Shown: positions 54,532 through 63,083 of the stretch, in pieces
Numbering within the stretch: position 1 is the stretch's first letter
Layout: each line of letters begins with the position of its first letter
DNA from: Candidatus Aenigmatarchaeota archaeon
GTDB lineage: Archaea; Aenigmatarchaeota; Aenigmatarchaeia; CG10238-14; SCSR01
Length of the DNA stretch: 64,000 bases
Reading direction: 5' to 3'
Assembly: GCA_016213525.1 (NCBI GenBank)
Contig: JACRAE010000001.1
Span: 11,268 to 75,267 of the forward strand
The notes under the pieces: model-generated
What the model saw: only the letters and a program-made list of their open reading frames with translations
The model's database searches: none
Told to the model about the DNA's origin: nothing
Translations under genes and position numbers: made by a program

Positions 54532-55512
54532 ATGAAGAAGGAGATTTTCGCAGCGTTCGCGGCAGCCGCTTTTCTATTTTTGGCCTCCGGCCTGTCATAT
54601 GCCGACACCACTCTCGGGTCCGGCAACACGAGCTTCACGGTGAAGCCCATAATTTTGTCCGAGATACCGTTCGACGTGGACCAGAACCAGTACTGCGGGA
54701 ACCCGGACAGGCCGCAGACGCAGAACTTCAATTTGGCCCTGGTCGGCGACCCGAATTTCCTCAACATCAGGTGGAACGCGAAGGACCCCGGAGGGATAGA
54801 GAGGCAGATAGGCGTGAACTGCTGGCTCAACTGCGCGGCCGACCCCAATCAGCTGCTGTCGGACGTGAACCTATGCGCCGGCTACCAGAACTGCAGCTAC
54901 GTGGGCCCGACCGGGGACCACTCGTGCTCCATACAGATACCGAAGTACAACTTCAACGCGGGGAACAACGCCACTTGCAGGTTCTACGACACGGTGCTGC
55001 CTTCTCAGGGACTGGTTGTGGAGAACAGGTCGTTCTACACCGTTGACTACAAGGTCTTCACCCCGTCCGTCTCTCTGACCGTTGGGGCGGACGCCACGCT
55101 CCCGGTGGACGTCAAGTCGTTCGGCATACTCCCCGGCTACTACACGAACAACCTGACCGCGCTGCAGAACTCCCAGCTAGTCTTCATCAACGGCCCGTTC
55201 GCGAACACGGCGAACGTCAGGTGCGGCGAGAACGGCAGGACGTTCCCGACAATAAAATTCCTTTCCTCGGGCGAGATACCGTTCCTCATCTTGTCGAGGA
55301 GCTCCGTCGACACCACGGCGTGCATGGTCGACAGCGAGTGCGGCTATCTTTCTGACGGCTCGGCGCCTGGGAGGTGCGTGTCGAACGTGTGCTGGAAGAG
55401 CTACGACCTGAGCATACAAGCCGGGGTCGCGAGCCTTCCGGAGTACGGCATCATGGGCTTCGCCGCCATAATTTTATTGGCCTCGTTCCTCTTCATCAGG
55501 AAGGGAATCTAA
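54532..55512 (+). CDS. Cys-rich secreted protein with C-terminal membrane anchor
   Basis: 326 aa. It has a signal peptide (MKKEIFAAFAAAAFLFLASGLSYA) and a C-terminal TM span plus basic tail (IMGFAAIILLASFLFIRKG). AGGAG lies 8 nt upstream, and the gene starts 54 nt after the giant gene. Confidence 0.75.
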   Translation: MKKEIFAAFAAAAFLFLASGLSYADTTLGSGNTSFTVKPIILSEIPFDVDQNQYCGNPDRPQTQNFNLALVGDPNFLNIRWNAKDPGGIERQIGVNCWLNCAADPNQLLSDVNLCAGYQNCSYVGPTGDHSCSIQIPKYNFNAGNNATCRFYDTVLPSQGLVVENRSFYTVDYKVFTPSVSLTVGADATLPVDVKSFGILPGYYTNNLTALQNSQLVFINGPFANTANVRCGENGRTFPTIKFLSSGEIPFLILSRSSVDTTACMVDSECGYLSDGSAPGRCVSNVCWKSYDLSIQAGVASLPEYGIMGFAAIILLASFLFIRKGI

Positions 55513-55554
55513 GCAGCTGGGCTTTTAAGCGCCCGTCTTCAATTTCTTTTCACA

Positions 55555-55626
55555 GGGCTCATCGTCTAGTGGCTAGGACGCGACTCTTACAAAGTCGAGG
55601 CAGGAGTTCGATTCTCCTTGGGCCCA
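55555..55626 (+). tRNA. tRNA-Val (UAC)
   Basis: GGGCTCA/TGGGCCC acceptor, CGACT-CTTACAA-AGTCG anticodon arm, AGGAG-TTCGATT-CTCCT T-arm. Confidence 0.85.
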
Positions 55627-55684
55627 CTGAACCGGAAGCCTGCTCCTCACAAAGGCGTGTCAATCAGGAAAAACAAGTAAAAAT

Positions 55685-56497
55685 ATGAACAACGTAAGGA
55701 TTCCAGAAAGGATAGATCAGGAAGTAGCTTACCTTTGCGGCATGATTTGTGGAGACGGTCATTTGTGCGTTAGACCAAAGAAACATGAGTACTCCATATA
55801 CGTAACTGGGAATTTGAATAATGAGAGGGAGTTCTACGAAGACATTCTGAGTCCGATTTTTGCAAGAGTCTTTGGGATAGAACCTAAGGTGAAGATAAGT
55901 ACGCGGGATAACACTGTGAATTTGATTATCTATTCTAAATCTATTGTAAATTTCTTTTCAGAAAGATGCGGTGTACCAATAGGGAAAAAGGAACATAAGG
56001 TTAGGATACCAGATGTTTTCAGAGACACTGATTTAGTCAGAAGTTTCTTACAGGGCTTCGCTGACGCAGACCTGGGGCTGTGCCTGAAAAGAAGATACAG
56101 GGAAGTCCCTTATTATCCGGTAATAGGTGGCTCGTCGAAGAGTAAGCAGATTATTTTGGATGTATCAGAAGTCCTCATGGGGCTTGGAATAACATTCTCC
56201 TTGAGTTTGGACAGAACCAGTTACGATAATAGAATCAGAAAGGAAACAACGAGAAACATGATTAACATTTACGGGAGGAAGAATGTTTTCCTATGGATGA
56301 AGTTCATAGGTTATAGAAATCCAAAATATCTGAAGATTTTCGAGAAAACAAAAAATATAGCGGGGGTCAGATTTGAACTGACGACCTTTACCCCGCGCCT
56401 AGAGGCGCGTCCGGGTGTCCCAGAGACAACCTATGAGCCCGACGAGCAAACTGTGGCCATTGGGCCACTCCAGGCTGCTCTACCCCGCTATAGATAG
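55685..56497 (+). CDS. free-standing double-motif LAGLIDADG homing-endonuclease-like protein; the 3' end runs antisense through tRNA-iMet
   Basis: 270-aa ORF. Motif 1 is AYLCGMICGDGHL and motif 2 is FLQGFADADLGL, about 105 aa apart. The body (55685 to about 56350) is visibly AT-rich. The last 45 or so codons are the antisense of the tRNA gene. Confidence 0.75.
   Translation: MNNVRIPERIDQEVAYLCGMICGDGHLCVRPKKHEYSIYVTGNLNNEREFYEDILSPIFARVFGIEPKVKISTRDNTVNLIIYSKSIVNFFSERCGVPIGKKEHKVRIPDVFRDTDLVRSFLQGFADADLGLCLKRRYREVPYYPVIGGSSKSKQIILDVSEVLMGLGITFSLSLDRTSYDNRIRKETTRNMINIYGRKNVFLWMKFIGYRNPKYLKIFEKTKNIAGVRFELTTFTPRLEARPGVPETTYEPDEQTVAIGPLQAALPRYR
56358..56489 (-). tRNA. initiator tRNA-Met (CAU) with three putative introns (D-loop, 37/38, anticodon-stem/variable-loop junction)
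   Basis: The minus strand reads AGCGGGG-TA-GAGC-AGCCTGG[..GTGGCCCAATGGCCAC..]TTT-GCTC-G-TCGGG-CTCATA[GGTTGTCTCTGGGAC]A-CCCGG-[..CGCGCCTCTAGGCGCG..]AGGTC-GTCAG-TTCAAAT-CTGAC-CCCCGCT-A. It has the A1:U72 pair and the GGG/CCC anticodon stem. The total is 132 nt against about 75 nt expected, and a T-run follows. Confidence 0.7.
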
Positions 56498-56530
56498 TAA
56501 AATTAGTACTTCCAAACTCATATATATCGT

Positions 56531-56941
56531 ATGCAAATCCGCAGGGACGTGCAGGCGGTCCTCTACAACCGCTTCGGAAAGGAGACGAGGATACTTTTGG
56601 TGAAGAAGCTCGAGAGCAAGACGTTCAACCCCAGGTGGAGGCTGCTGAAGGGCGGGGTCGAGAAGGGCGAGACGGAGGTGCAGGCCCTACAGAGGGAGAT
56701 AATGGAGGAGGTCGGGCTGAGGGACATCCTGATTGAGAAGAAGATACACGAGTACGAGTTCGACGCCGACGGCACGCTCCATCAGGTCTCGTCGTACGCC
56801 GTGAAGGTCCTGGAGAACGCGCCTCTCAAAGTCCAGCAGGACGAGCTTCTCGACGCCGGCTGGGTCCCGAAGAAGGAGGCCGTGAAGCTTCTGTTCTGGC
56901 CAAGCGAAAAGGAGACGGTGGAGAAGCTCCCGGTGGCGTGA
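56531..56941 (+). CDS. Nudix hydrolase
   Basis: 136 aa with a canonical Nudix box, GGVEKGETEVQALQREIMEEVGL. Confidence 0.9.
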   Translation: MQIRRDVQAVLYNRFGKETRILLVKKLESKTFNPRWRLLKGGVEKGETEVQALQREIMEEVGLRDILIEKKIHEYEFDADGTLHQVSSYAVKVLENAPLKVQQDELLDAGWVPKKEAVKLLFWPSEKETVEKLPVA

Positions 56942-56999
56942 GAGGACTACCGACCAGAGTTCTAAACCGAAATGAACCCCGCGCCCACATCAAACTACC

Positions 57000-57380
57000 A
57001 TGAAGATGTTCCCAGAAAACGGCGACACGTCAGCGGACAGGTGCAGGAAGTTCATTGGAAAATATTGCCACCCCGCGCAGATTGGAACCGGGATACTTTT
57101 CGGGTCCGTCGGGATAGGACTGACGGCGGCGGGCTTCCTGTACTCAGACGGCATGAACTTCCTGTTCCAGAGCGCGCCTCAGATACCGCAGCAGATTGCG
57201 AATGGGACGGATCTGGCCTCTTCGATAGATTACGTGCGCGATTCCTACAAGGAGTCGATGGGGAACGCCATCCAGGCCGGGTGGAAGCAGCTGCCGTTCT
57301 CGTATTGCGTCGGCCACTACGCAGGCGGCAAGGTCAGGGACAAATTCCAGTCGATTTTCGGGAGGAAGCGCTATGCCTGA
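57000..57380 (+). CDS. hypothetical membrane protein (126 aa)
   Basis: ATG-started ORF with one hydrophobic span. It overlaps the next ORF by 8 nt. Confidence 0.45.
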   Translation: MKMFPENGDTSADRCRKFIGKYCHPAQIGTGILFGSVGIGLTAAGFLYSDGMNFLFQSAPQIPQQIANGTDLASSIDYVRDSYKESMGNAIQAGWKQLPFSYCVGHYAGGKVRDKFQSIFGRKRYA

Positions 57381-57582
57381 AGACAGGAAGCCCCCGAGCT
57401 ACGTCGGTATATTCTTCGCGACGCTCTTCGGCACCGCCGTCAGCTCGCTGGCGGTTTACTACGCGACCAGGCCGAGGGACGGCGGCGAGAGCTACGCGGA
57501 CAGGGTGGCGAGGAACATAGCCGATTCTCTCGACAAGAGATTCGGGCGAGACGCATATCGCCGCGACCGAAAAGATATTTAA
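57373..57582 (+). CDS. hypothetical small membrane protein (69 aa)
   Basis: The ATG overlaps the stop region of the upstream ORF, which suggests translational coupling. One TM span. Confidence 0.4.
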   Translation: MPEDRKPPSYVGIFFATLFGTAVSSLAVYYATRPRDGGESYADRVARNIADSLDKRFGRDAYRRDRKDI

Positions 57583-57614
57583 ACCCCAATAGTCAATAAA
57601 ATTAGGTTGAGAAA

Positions 57615-58892
57615 ATGGCAGACAAACCGCACATCAACATAATGACTGCTGGTCACGTAGACGCAGGTAAGTCTACTCTGATTGGTAGGATTTTATACGA
57701 CTCCGGAGCAATCCAGGAGACCGAGATGAGGAAGCTCAAGGAGATAGCCACCGAGCTGAAGAAGGAGACTTTCGAGTTCGCCTTTGTAATGGACACGGTC
57801 AAGGAGGAGCGTGAGAGGGGAGTCACGATCGACGTGATGCACAGGCCTTTCCACACCCAGAAGTGGTACATGACCATAATCGACGCCCCGGGTCACAGGG
57901 ACTTTGTCAAGAACATGATCACCGGTGCCGCGCAGGCCGACGTTGCGATGCTAGTTATTTCCGCGAAGCAGGGCGAGGGTATCCAGGAGCAGACGAAGGA
58001 GCACGCCTGGCTGATGAAGGTCCTCGGCATCACCCAGTTCATGGTCGTTTTGAACAAGATGGACGCCGCCAACTACGACGAGAAGAGGTTCAACGAGATC
58101 AAGGAGGAGGCCGTCAAGCTCCTGAAGCCCATCGGCTACAAGACCGACGAGATACCCTTCATACCGGTTTCTGCCTATCACGGCGACAACATCGTGAAGA
58201 AGTCGGACAAGATGCCGTGGTACACGGGCAAGACGCTTTTGGACACTTTTGACTCCTACATCAAGGAGCCCGAGAAGTCCACGGAGAAGCCTCTGAGGCT
58301 GCCGCTCCAGGACGTCTACAACATCACCGGAATCGGCGTCGTTCCCGTAGGGAGGGTAGAGACCGGCGTGATGAAGCTCGGCGACAAGGTAATTTTCGAG
58401 CCCGCAGGGGTGACCGGCGAGGTCAAGACCATAGAGGTCCACCACCAGCAGATCAACCAGGCAGTCCCGGGCGACAACGTCGGGTTCAACGTGAAGGGCG
58501 TCGACAAGAAGGAGCTAGGGAGGGGAACGGTCGTTGGCCCCGCCAGCAATCCGCCGTCCGTAGTCAAAGAGTTCACGGCACAGGTAGTCATTTTGAACCA
58601 CCCAAGCGTCATCACGAAGGGTTACACGCCGGTGTTCCATGCCCACACGGCCTCTGTCGCGTGCACGATAGAGGAGATAATCGCCAAGATAGACCCGAGG
58701 ACGGGCGCTGTCGTCGCCGAGCATCCTGACTTCATCAAGGCAGGGGACGCAGCCAAGATAAGGGTGAAGCCGCTCAAGCCGATGGTCATGGAGAAGCAGT
58801 CCGAGTACCCTGAGCTCGCCCGCTTCGCGATAAGGGACATGGGTCAGACGGTCGCCGCGGGCGTCGTCTTGGACATCGTCAAGGCCAAGTAA
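57615..58892 (+). CDS. tuf: translation elongation factor aEF-1 alpha
   Basis: 425 aa with GHVDAGKST, DAPGHRDF and NKMD motifs. Confidence 0.97.
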   Translation: MADKPHINIMTAGHVDAGKSTLIGRILYDSGAIQETEMRKLKEIATELKKETFEFAFVMDTVKEERERGVTIDVMHRPFHTQKWYMTIIDAPGHRDFVKNMITGAAQADVAMLVISAKQGEGIQEQTKEHAWLMKVLGITQFMVVLNKMDAANYDEKRFNEIKEEAVKLLKPIGYKTDEIPFIPVSAYHGDNIVKKSDKMPWYTGKTLLDTFDSYIKEPEKSTEKPLRLPLQDVYNITGIGVVPVGRVETGVMKLGDKVIFEPAGVTGEVKTIEVHHQQINQAVPGDNVGFNVKGVDKKELGRGTVVGPASNPPSVVKEFTAQVVILNHPSVITKGYTPVFHAHTASVACTIEEIIAKIDPRTGAVVAEHPDFIKAGDAAKIRVKPLKPMVMEKQSEYPELARFAIRDMGQTVAAGVVLDIVKAK

Positions 58893-58949
58893 TTTCTTCC
58901 GCGTAGTCCTTCTGAGTCTTTTGTCCGCCGTCCTGTGGATTAGACTTTT

Positions 58950-59426
58950 CTATTCTCCGGTCTTGCCGCTGTATCTCTCTAGCTTCTTGGAGAATTTGTT
59001 CGTGAATATGTCCCTTACCTCGTTGCCAAGCGCGTCGAGCATCTTGTAGCCTTCCAGCAATTTTCCATTCGGGAAATCCATTCCATACGCCCCCTCCATG
59101 TGGACGTGGAAGCCCAAATCGGATTCCCCGCCCTCAGACCCGACTTTATTGTTCGGGGAGACCTTCACTTTGTTTATCTCGACGTACACTCCCCCGTCTT
59201 TCTTGAACGACATGGGCCCGGATTTTTCCACGTCCAAAGAATCGTCTGCGCTGGAGTATCCGTTCTCCAGGAATATCTTGTACACGGCGGACTTGTAGAG
59301 GAACGTCAGTTTTTCCTCCTCCTTCTCCCCATGTATCCCCCTCACGTATATGTTGTACGCCTCGTCGAAATTTTTTGCGGTACGGGGCCCTGCGAAAAAA
59401 AACTTCCTCGACGCCTCGAACACCAT
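58950..59426 (-). CDS. hypothetical protein (158 aa) inserted between tuf and rps10
   Basis: ATG-started ORF on the opposite strand to its neighbours. No motif recognised. Confidence 0.5.
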   Translation of the reverse strand: MVFEASRKFFFAGPRTAKNFDEAYNIYVRGIHGEKEEEKLTFLYKSAVYKIFLENGYSSADDSLDVEKSGPMSFKKDGGVYVEINKVKVSPNNKVGSEGGESDLGFHVHMEGAYGMDFPNGKLLEGYKMLDALGNEVRDIFTNKFSKKLERYSGKTGE

Positions 59427-59490
59427 GAATCAAGGAAGGTTTGGAAGAATTTAAACCGAGCATTGGCAGCCTCCGGGTTCCGCAAAAGAA

Positions 59491-59498
59491 TTTAAATA
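59491..59498 (+). promoter_or_regulatory. TATA box for rps10 (leaderless arrangement)
   Basis: TTTAAATA lies 22-29 nt upstream of ATG 59520. Confidence 0.45.
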
Positions 59499-59519
59499 CC
59501 AGTCGGCAATAGTCTTGGT

Positions 59520-59840
59520 ATGCAAGTCGCTAGAATCAAGCTCTCAGGGAAGGACCCGAAGGCACTCGATTCGATAAGCAGCGAGATTGTCGACGTGGCG
59601 AAGAAGTTCGGAGTCGGCCACAGGGGCCCGATACCTCTGCCGACGAAGATAATGAAGGTCACGACGATGAAGCCGCCGGCGGGCGACGGCACCGGTCACG
59701 GGAACTGCACCTGGGACAAGTGGGAGATGCGCGTCCACAAGAGGCTCATAGAGGTCCAGGCGGACGACCGCGCGCTCAGGCAGATCATGAGGGTCAACAT
59801 TCCGCAGGGCCTGCACGTTGAAATCAAGCTGCAGGGCTGA
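59520..59840 (+). CDS. rps10: 30S ribosomal protein S10 (uS10)
   Basis: 106 aa, containing ARIKLSG.D...LD.........GPIPLPTK... Confidence 0.93.
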   Translation: MQVARIKLSGKDPKALDSISSEIVDVAKKFGVGHRGPIPLPTKIMKVTTMKPPAGDGTGHGNCTWDKWEMRVHKRLIEVQADDRALRQIMRVNIPQGLHVEIKLQG

Positions 59841-59901
59841 TCCGTTAGCCGTTCTTTCGGAAATCTGAAAAGGATTTATTAACCGTTTTGAATATTATCT
59901 T

Positions 59902-61521
59902 ATGCAGAAGCCTGCCTACATTTTCGTGACGGGGGGCGTGATATCGGGTCTCGGCAAGGGCATAGTCGCCTCTTCAATCGGAAAGATTTTACAATGGCGC
60001 GGCCTCAAGGTTACCGCGATGAAGCTGGACGGATACCTCAATTTTGACGCCGGCACCCTCCGCCCGACGGAGCACGGCGAGGTCTGGGTCACGTCGGACG
60101 GCGGCGAGATAGACGAGGACCTCGGGCACTACGAGAGGTTCCTCGGGATGAACATATCCAAGCTTAACAACCTCACGTCCGGCCAGGTGTACCTCCAGGT
60201 CATCAAGAACGAGCGCGAGGGCAAGTACCTCGGCAAGACGGTGCAGCTCATCCCGCACGTCACGGAAGAGATCAAGAGGAGGATAAAGTTCGTCGGCAGG
60301 CTGGGCGAGCCCGACGTCGTGATAGTCGAGATCGGCGGGACCGTCGGCGACTACGAGAGCACAATGTACTTCGAGGCCGCGAGGCAGATGAGGTACGACG
60401 GCGACTGGGTCGTCTTCGTCCACCTCAGCTACCTCCCGATGCCCAACGCACTCGGCGAGCCGAAGACCAAGCCCACGCAGTCGTCCGTGAGGGACCTGCT
60501 CGGCATGGGGATACAGCCGAACATAATCATAGGCAGGTCCGAGAGGCCGCTCGACGAGGTGAGGAGGAGGAAGATAGCGCTCTTCTGCAACGTGGAGGAG
60601 GGCGACGTGTTCTCCGACCACGACGTCAAGTCGATATACGAGCTGCCGGTCGAGCTGGAGAGGCAGGGCCTCGGGGCGAGCCTCTGCCAGAAGCTCAGGA
60701 TATCCAACACGCCCGCGAACATGGGCGACTGGAAGGAGCTCGTGGAGAGGATAAAGAAGACGCAGCAGACGGTCAACATAGGGATAGTCGGCAAGTACTT
60801 CGGCACGGGCGAGTTCGAGCTGCCCGACTCCTACATCTCCGTCGTCGAAGCACTGAGGCACGCGGCCTGGTACAACAACAGGAAGGCGGAGCTCCACTGG
60901 ATAGACGCGACGCTTTTCGAGAAGGACTTGCACAAACTGAGCCTGCTGGAGAAGATGGACGGCATAGTCGTGCCGGGCGGGTACGGGAACACGGGGATAG
61001 AGGGCAAGATCAACGCGATAAGGTTCGCCAGGGAGAGCAACATACCGTTCCTAGGCCTCTGCTACGGGCTTCAGCTGGCTGTCGTCGAGTACGCGAGGAA
61101 CGTCTGCGGCATGGAGGGCGCGAACACGACGGAGGTCGACAAGGAGACGAAGTACCCTGTGATAGACTTCCTGCCGTCGCAGAGGAAGATAACGGAGGCC
61201 TCGAACTACGGGGCCACGATGAGGCTCGGAGACCAGACGGTCAGGATAATCCCGAACACGCTCGCCTCCAAGCTGTACGGATCCGCGACCGTAACGGAGA
61301 GGTTCAGGCACAGGTACGAGGTCAATCCGGACTTCGTCTCGGAGCTCGAGAGGAACGGGTTCACGTTCTCCGGCACGCACGAGAGGGAGAAGATAATGCA
61401 GATAGGAGAGATAACGAGGCACAGGTTCTTCCTGGGCACCCAGTTCCATCCGGAGTTCACGTCGAGGCCGCTCAAGCCGAACCCCTTGTTCATAGGATTC
61501 ATCAAGTCTTGCATGCACTAG
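59902..61521 (+). CDS. pyrG: CTP synthase
   Basis: 539 aa. The N-terminus is YIFVTGGVISGLGKGI. The glutaminase domain has GLCYGLQ and H..E. Confidence 0.96.
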   Translation: MQKPAYIFVTGGVISGLGKGIVASSIGKILQWRGLKVTAMKLDGYLNFDAGTLRPTEHGEVWVTSDGGEIDEDLGHYERFLGMNISKLNNLTSGQVYLQVIKNEREGKYLGKTVQLIPHVTEEIKRRIKFVGRLGEPDVVIVEIGGTVGDYESTMYFEAARQMRYDGDWVVFVHLSYLPMPNALGEPKTKPTQSSVRDLLGMGIQPNIIIGRSERPLDEVRRRKIALFCNVEEGDVFSDHDVKSIYELPVELERQGLGASLCQKLRISNTPANMGDWKELVERIKKTQQTVNIGIVGKYFGTGEFELPDSYISVVEALRHAAWYNNRKAELHWIDATLFEKDLHKLSLLEKMDGIVVPGGYGNTGIEGKINAIRFARESNIPFLGLCYGLQLAVVEYARNVCGMEGANTTEVDKETKYPVIDFLPSQRKITEASNYGATMRLGDQTVRIIPNTLASKLYGSATVTERFRHRYEVNPDFVSELERNGFTFSGTHEREKIMQIGEITRHRFFLGTQFHPEFTSRPLKPNPLFIGFIKSCMH

Positions 61522-61531
61522 GGGGACTTTC

Positions 61532-62005
61532 ATGTATCCTCTTGCCCACATCGGGACCGCATTGATTATTGGATCTTTGTTCTATGTTCCTCTGTCCGCT
61601 TTCGTGATAGGGGTTCTACTTCCAGATATTCTTGACAAGAGCCTGTCATTCTTAGGTGTGGAGAGCTGCGGCAGGTCCTACGGCCACAGCATCCTCTTCG
61701 CGCTCGCCGCCGGCGGCATCGCATTCGCCGTGACCAGGAAGAAAGGAATCGCACTCGCCATCGCTCTCGGCTGTCTCTTACATTTGGCAGGGGACTCGGC
61801 TGGCACGGTCCCGTACTTCTATCCAATGGTCGACTACGGTTTCGGCACCTGTGACAAATATGCCCCGAATCCGGGATACTTCGAAGTCGCAATGGAAGTC
61901 GTCGGAATCACCATGATAATTCTTTGGTGGAAGTGGAGGTCGAAGCTCATTTATCTGAGGGACAGGGTAATTAAGGCGAGGGGGCTGAAGCGTGTCTTTG
62001 GATGA
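61532..62005 (+). CDS. DUF457/YdjM-type membrane-bound metal-dependent hydrolase
   Basis: 157 aa. It contains MYPLAHIG...LLPDILDK...GHS, is polytopic, and overlaps ogg by 14 nt. Confidence 0.7.
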   Translation: MYPLAHIGTALIIGSLFYVPLSAFVIGVLLPDILDKSLSFLGVESCGRSYGHSILFALAAGGIAFAVTRKKGIALAIALGCLLHLAGDSAGTVPYFYPMVDYGFGTCDKYAPNPGYFEVAMEVVGITMIILWWKWRSKLIYLRDRVIKARGLKRVFG

Positions 62006-62630
62006 GCTGAATGCTAAATACGAGTCGAGGAAGTCCGACATCAAGAGGAGGCTCGCGGAGTTCCGCACGGTGATGAAGGAGCCGGACGAGCGAGTGTTCG
62101 CGGAGCTCGCGTTCTGCCTCTGCACCCCGCAGTCAAAGGCGACGTTCTGCTGGAGGGCTGTGGAGTCTCTGGTCAAGAACGGCTTATTATATAGGGGCAC
62201 GAGCGAGCAGATCAAGCCGTTCCTCAACGCCGTGAGGTTCAACGACAACAAGTCGAGGTACATAGTAGCGGCAAGGGAGACCTTCACGGACGAGGGCGGG
62301 ATATCGATAAAGGGCAAGCTGCTCTCCCTCGGGAGGCCCGTCGAGATGCGCGACTGGCTGATTGAGAACGTGAGGGGTCTGGGGCCGAAGGAGGCGTCGC
62401 ACTTCCTGAGGAACATAGGATTCGGGAAGGACCTGGCGATACTCGACTCCCACATACTCAAGAACCTGGTCAGGTACGGCGTCATAGGGGAGTTCCCTAA
62501 GTCGCTGACGGGGAGGAAGTACTTCGAGATAGAGGAGAAGATGAAAGTCTTCGCCGGGTCGGCGGGCATACCGTTCGACGAGCTCGATCTTCTGTTCTGG
62601 TCCGAGGAAACAGGCATGATATTCAAGTGA
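61992..62630 (+). CDS. ogg: 8-oxoguanine DNA glycosylase/AP lyase (archaeal Ogg2-type, HhH-GPD)
   Basis: 212 aa with a GTG start. LCTPQSKA and VRGLGPKEASHFLRNIG...LDSH are HhH-GPD motifs. Confidence 0.85.
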   Translation: MSLDELNAKYESRKSDIKRRLAEFRTVMKEPDERVFAELAFCLCTPQSKATFCWRAVESLVKNGLLYRGTSEQIKPFLNAVRFNDNKSRYIVAARETFTDEGGISIKGKLLSLGRPVEMRDWLIENVRGLGPKEASHFLRNIGFGKDLAILDSHILKNLVRYGVIGEFPKSLTGRKYFEIEEKMKVFAGSAGIPFDELDLLFWSEETGMIFK

Positions 62631-62744
62631 CGCCCGTGTTCTAGGCGGATTTTCACATCCGAGTGGCTACAGAAATGTTTCTGCAAAATATATTTCAGAT
62701 TCTCAAATACGATTTAAGTACGGAATCAGAAACACGTTGAAGAT

Positions 62745-62930
62745 ATGATTTCTTCTTCCAAGCTGAAGTGCCCGAAATGCAGCAGGCAGGTTCTGAAGAA
62801 GACGATAATCGTGACGAAGGGCAAGTGCAACAACTGCGGCTACAAAATCGCGGGCAACATAACGAACTTCGCGCCGACTCCCAAAGCGGCCTTCGACCTG
62901 CTGGCGCCGATCAAAGAAGTCAGTGCTTGA
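62745..62930 (+). CDS. 61-aa zinc-ribbon protein
   Basis: The sequence contains KCPKCSRQ...KCNNCGYK. Confidence 0.5.
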   Translation: MISSSKLKCPKCSRQVLKKTIIVTKGKCNNCGYKIAGNITNFAPTPKAAFDLLAPIKEVSA

Positions 62931-63083
62931 TTATCTTCGACCTGCACAGCTTGCAGAGGTACATGAACTTCACCTTGAAGAGCTTCCCCACCTTCTTTAC
63001 AGAATTCTTGCAGTTGTCGCAGACTGTGTGCACGAGTACCAAGATAGAGTTGGTTTTCAGAGAGCTTAAATCAAAATTTAGAT

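Noticed and set aside
47338-55512. A possible diversity-generating retroelement targeting the giant surface protein.
   Set aside because: No reverse-transcriptase ORF (no YxDD-type motif) occurs anywhere in the window. I could also find no template/variable repeat pair with adenine-specific differences. A computational TR/VR search is still the only rigorous test.
56358-56489. An alternative reading of the long tRNA as a class-II tRNA (Leu/Ser-like) with a long variable arm (CGCGCC-TCTA-GGCGCG).
   Set aside because: The anticodon is CAT. The acceptor stem and anticodon stem carry initiator-Met identity elements. Extra sequence is also present in the D-loop and after position 37, so a long variable arm alone cannot explain the 132-nt length. 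I keep it as a caveat for the third insert only.
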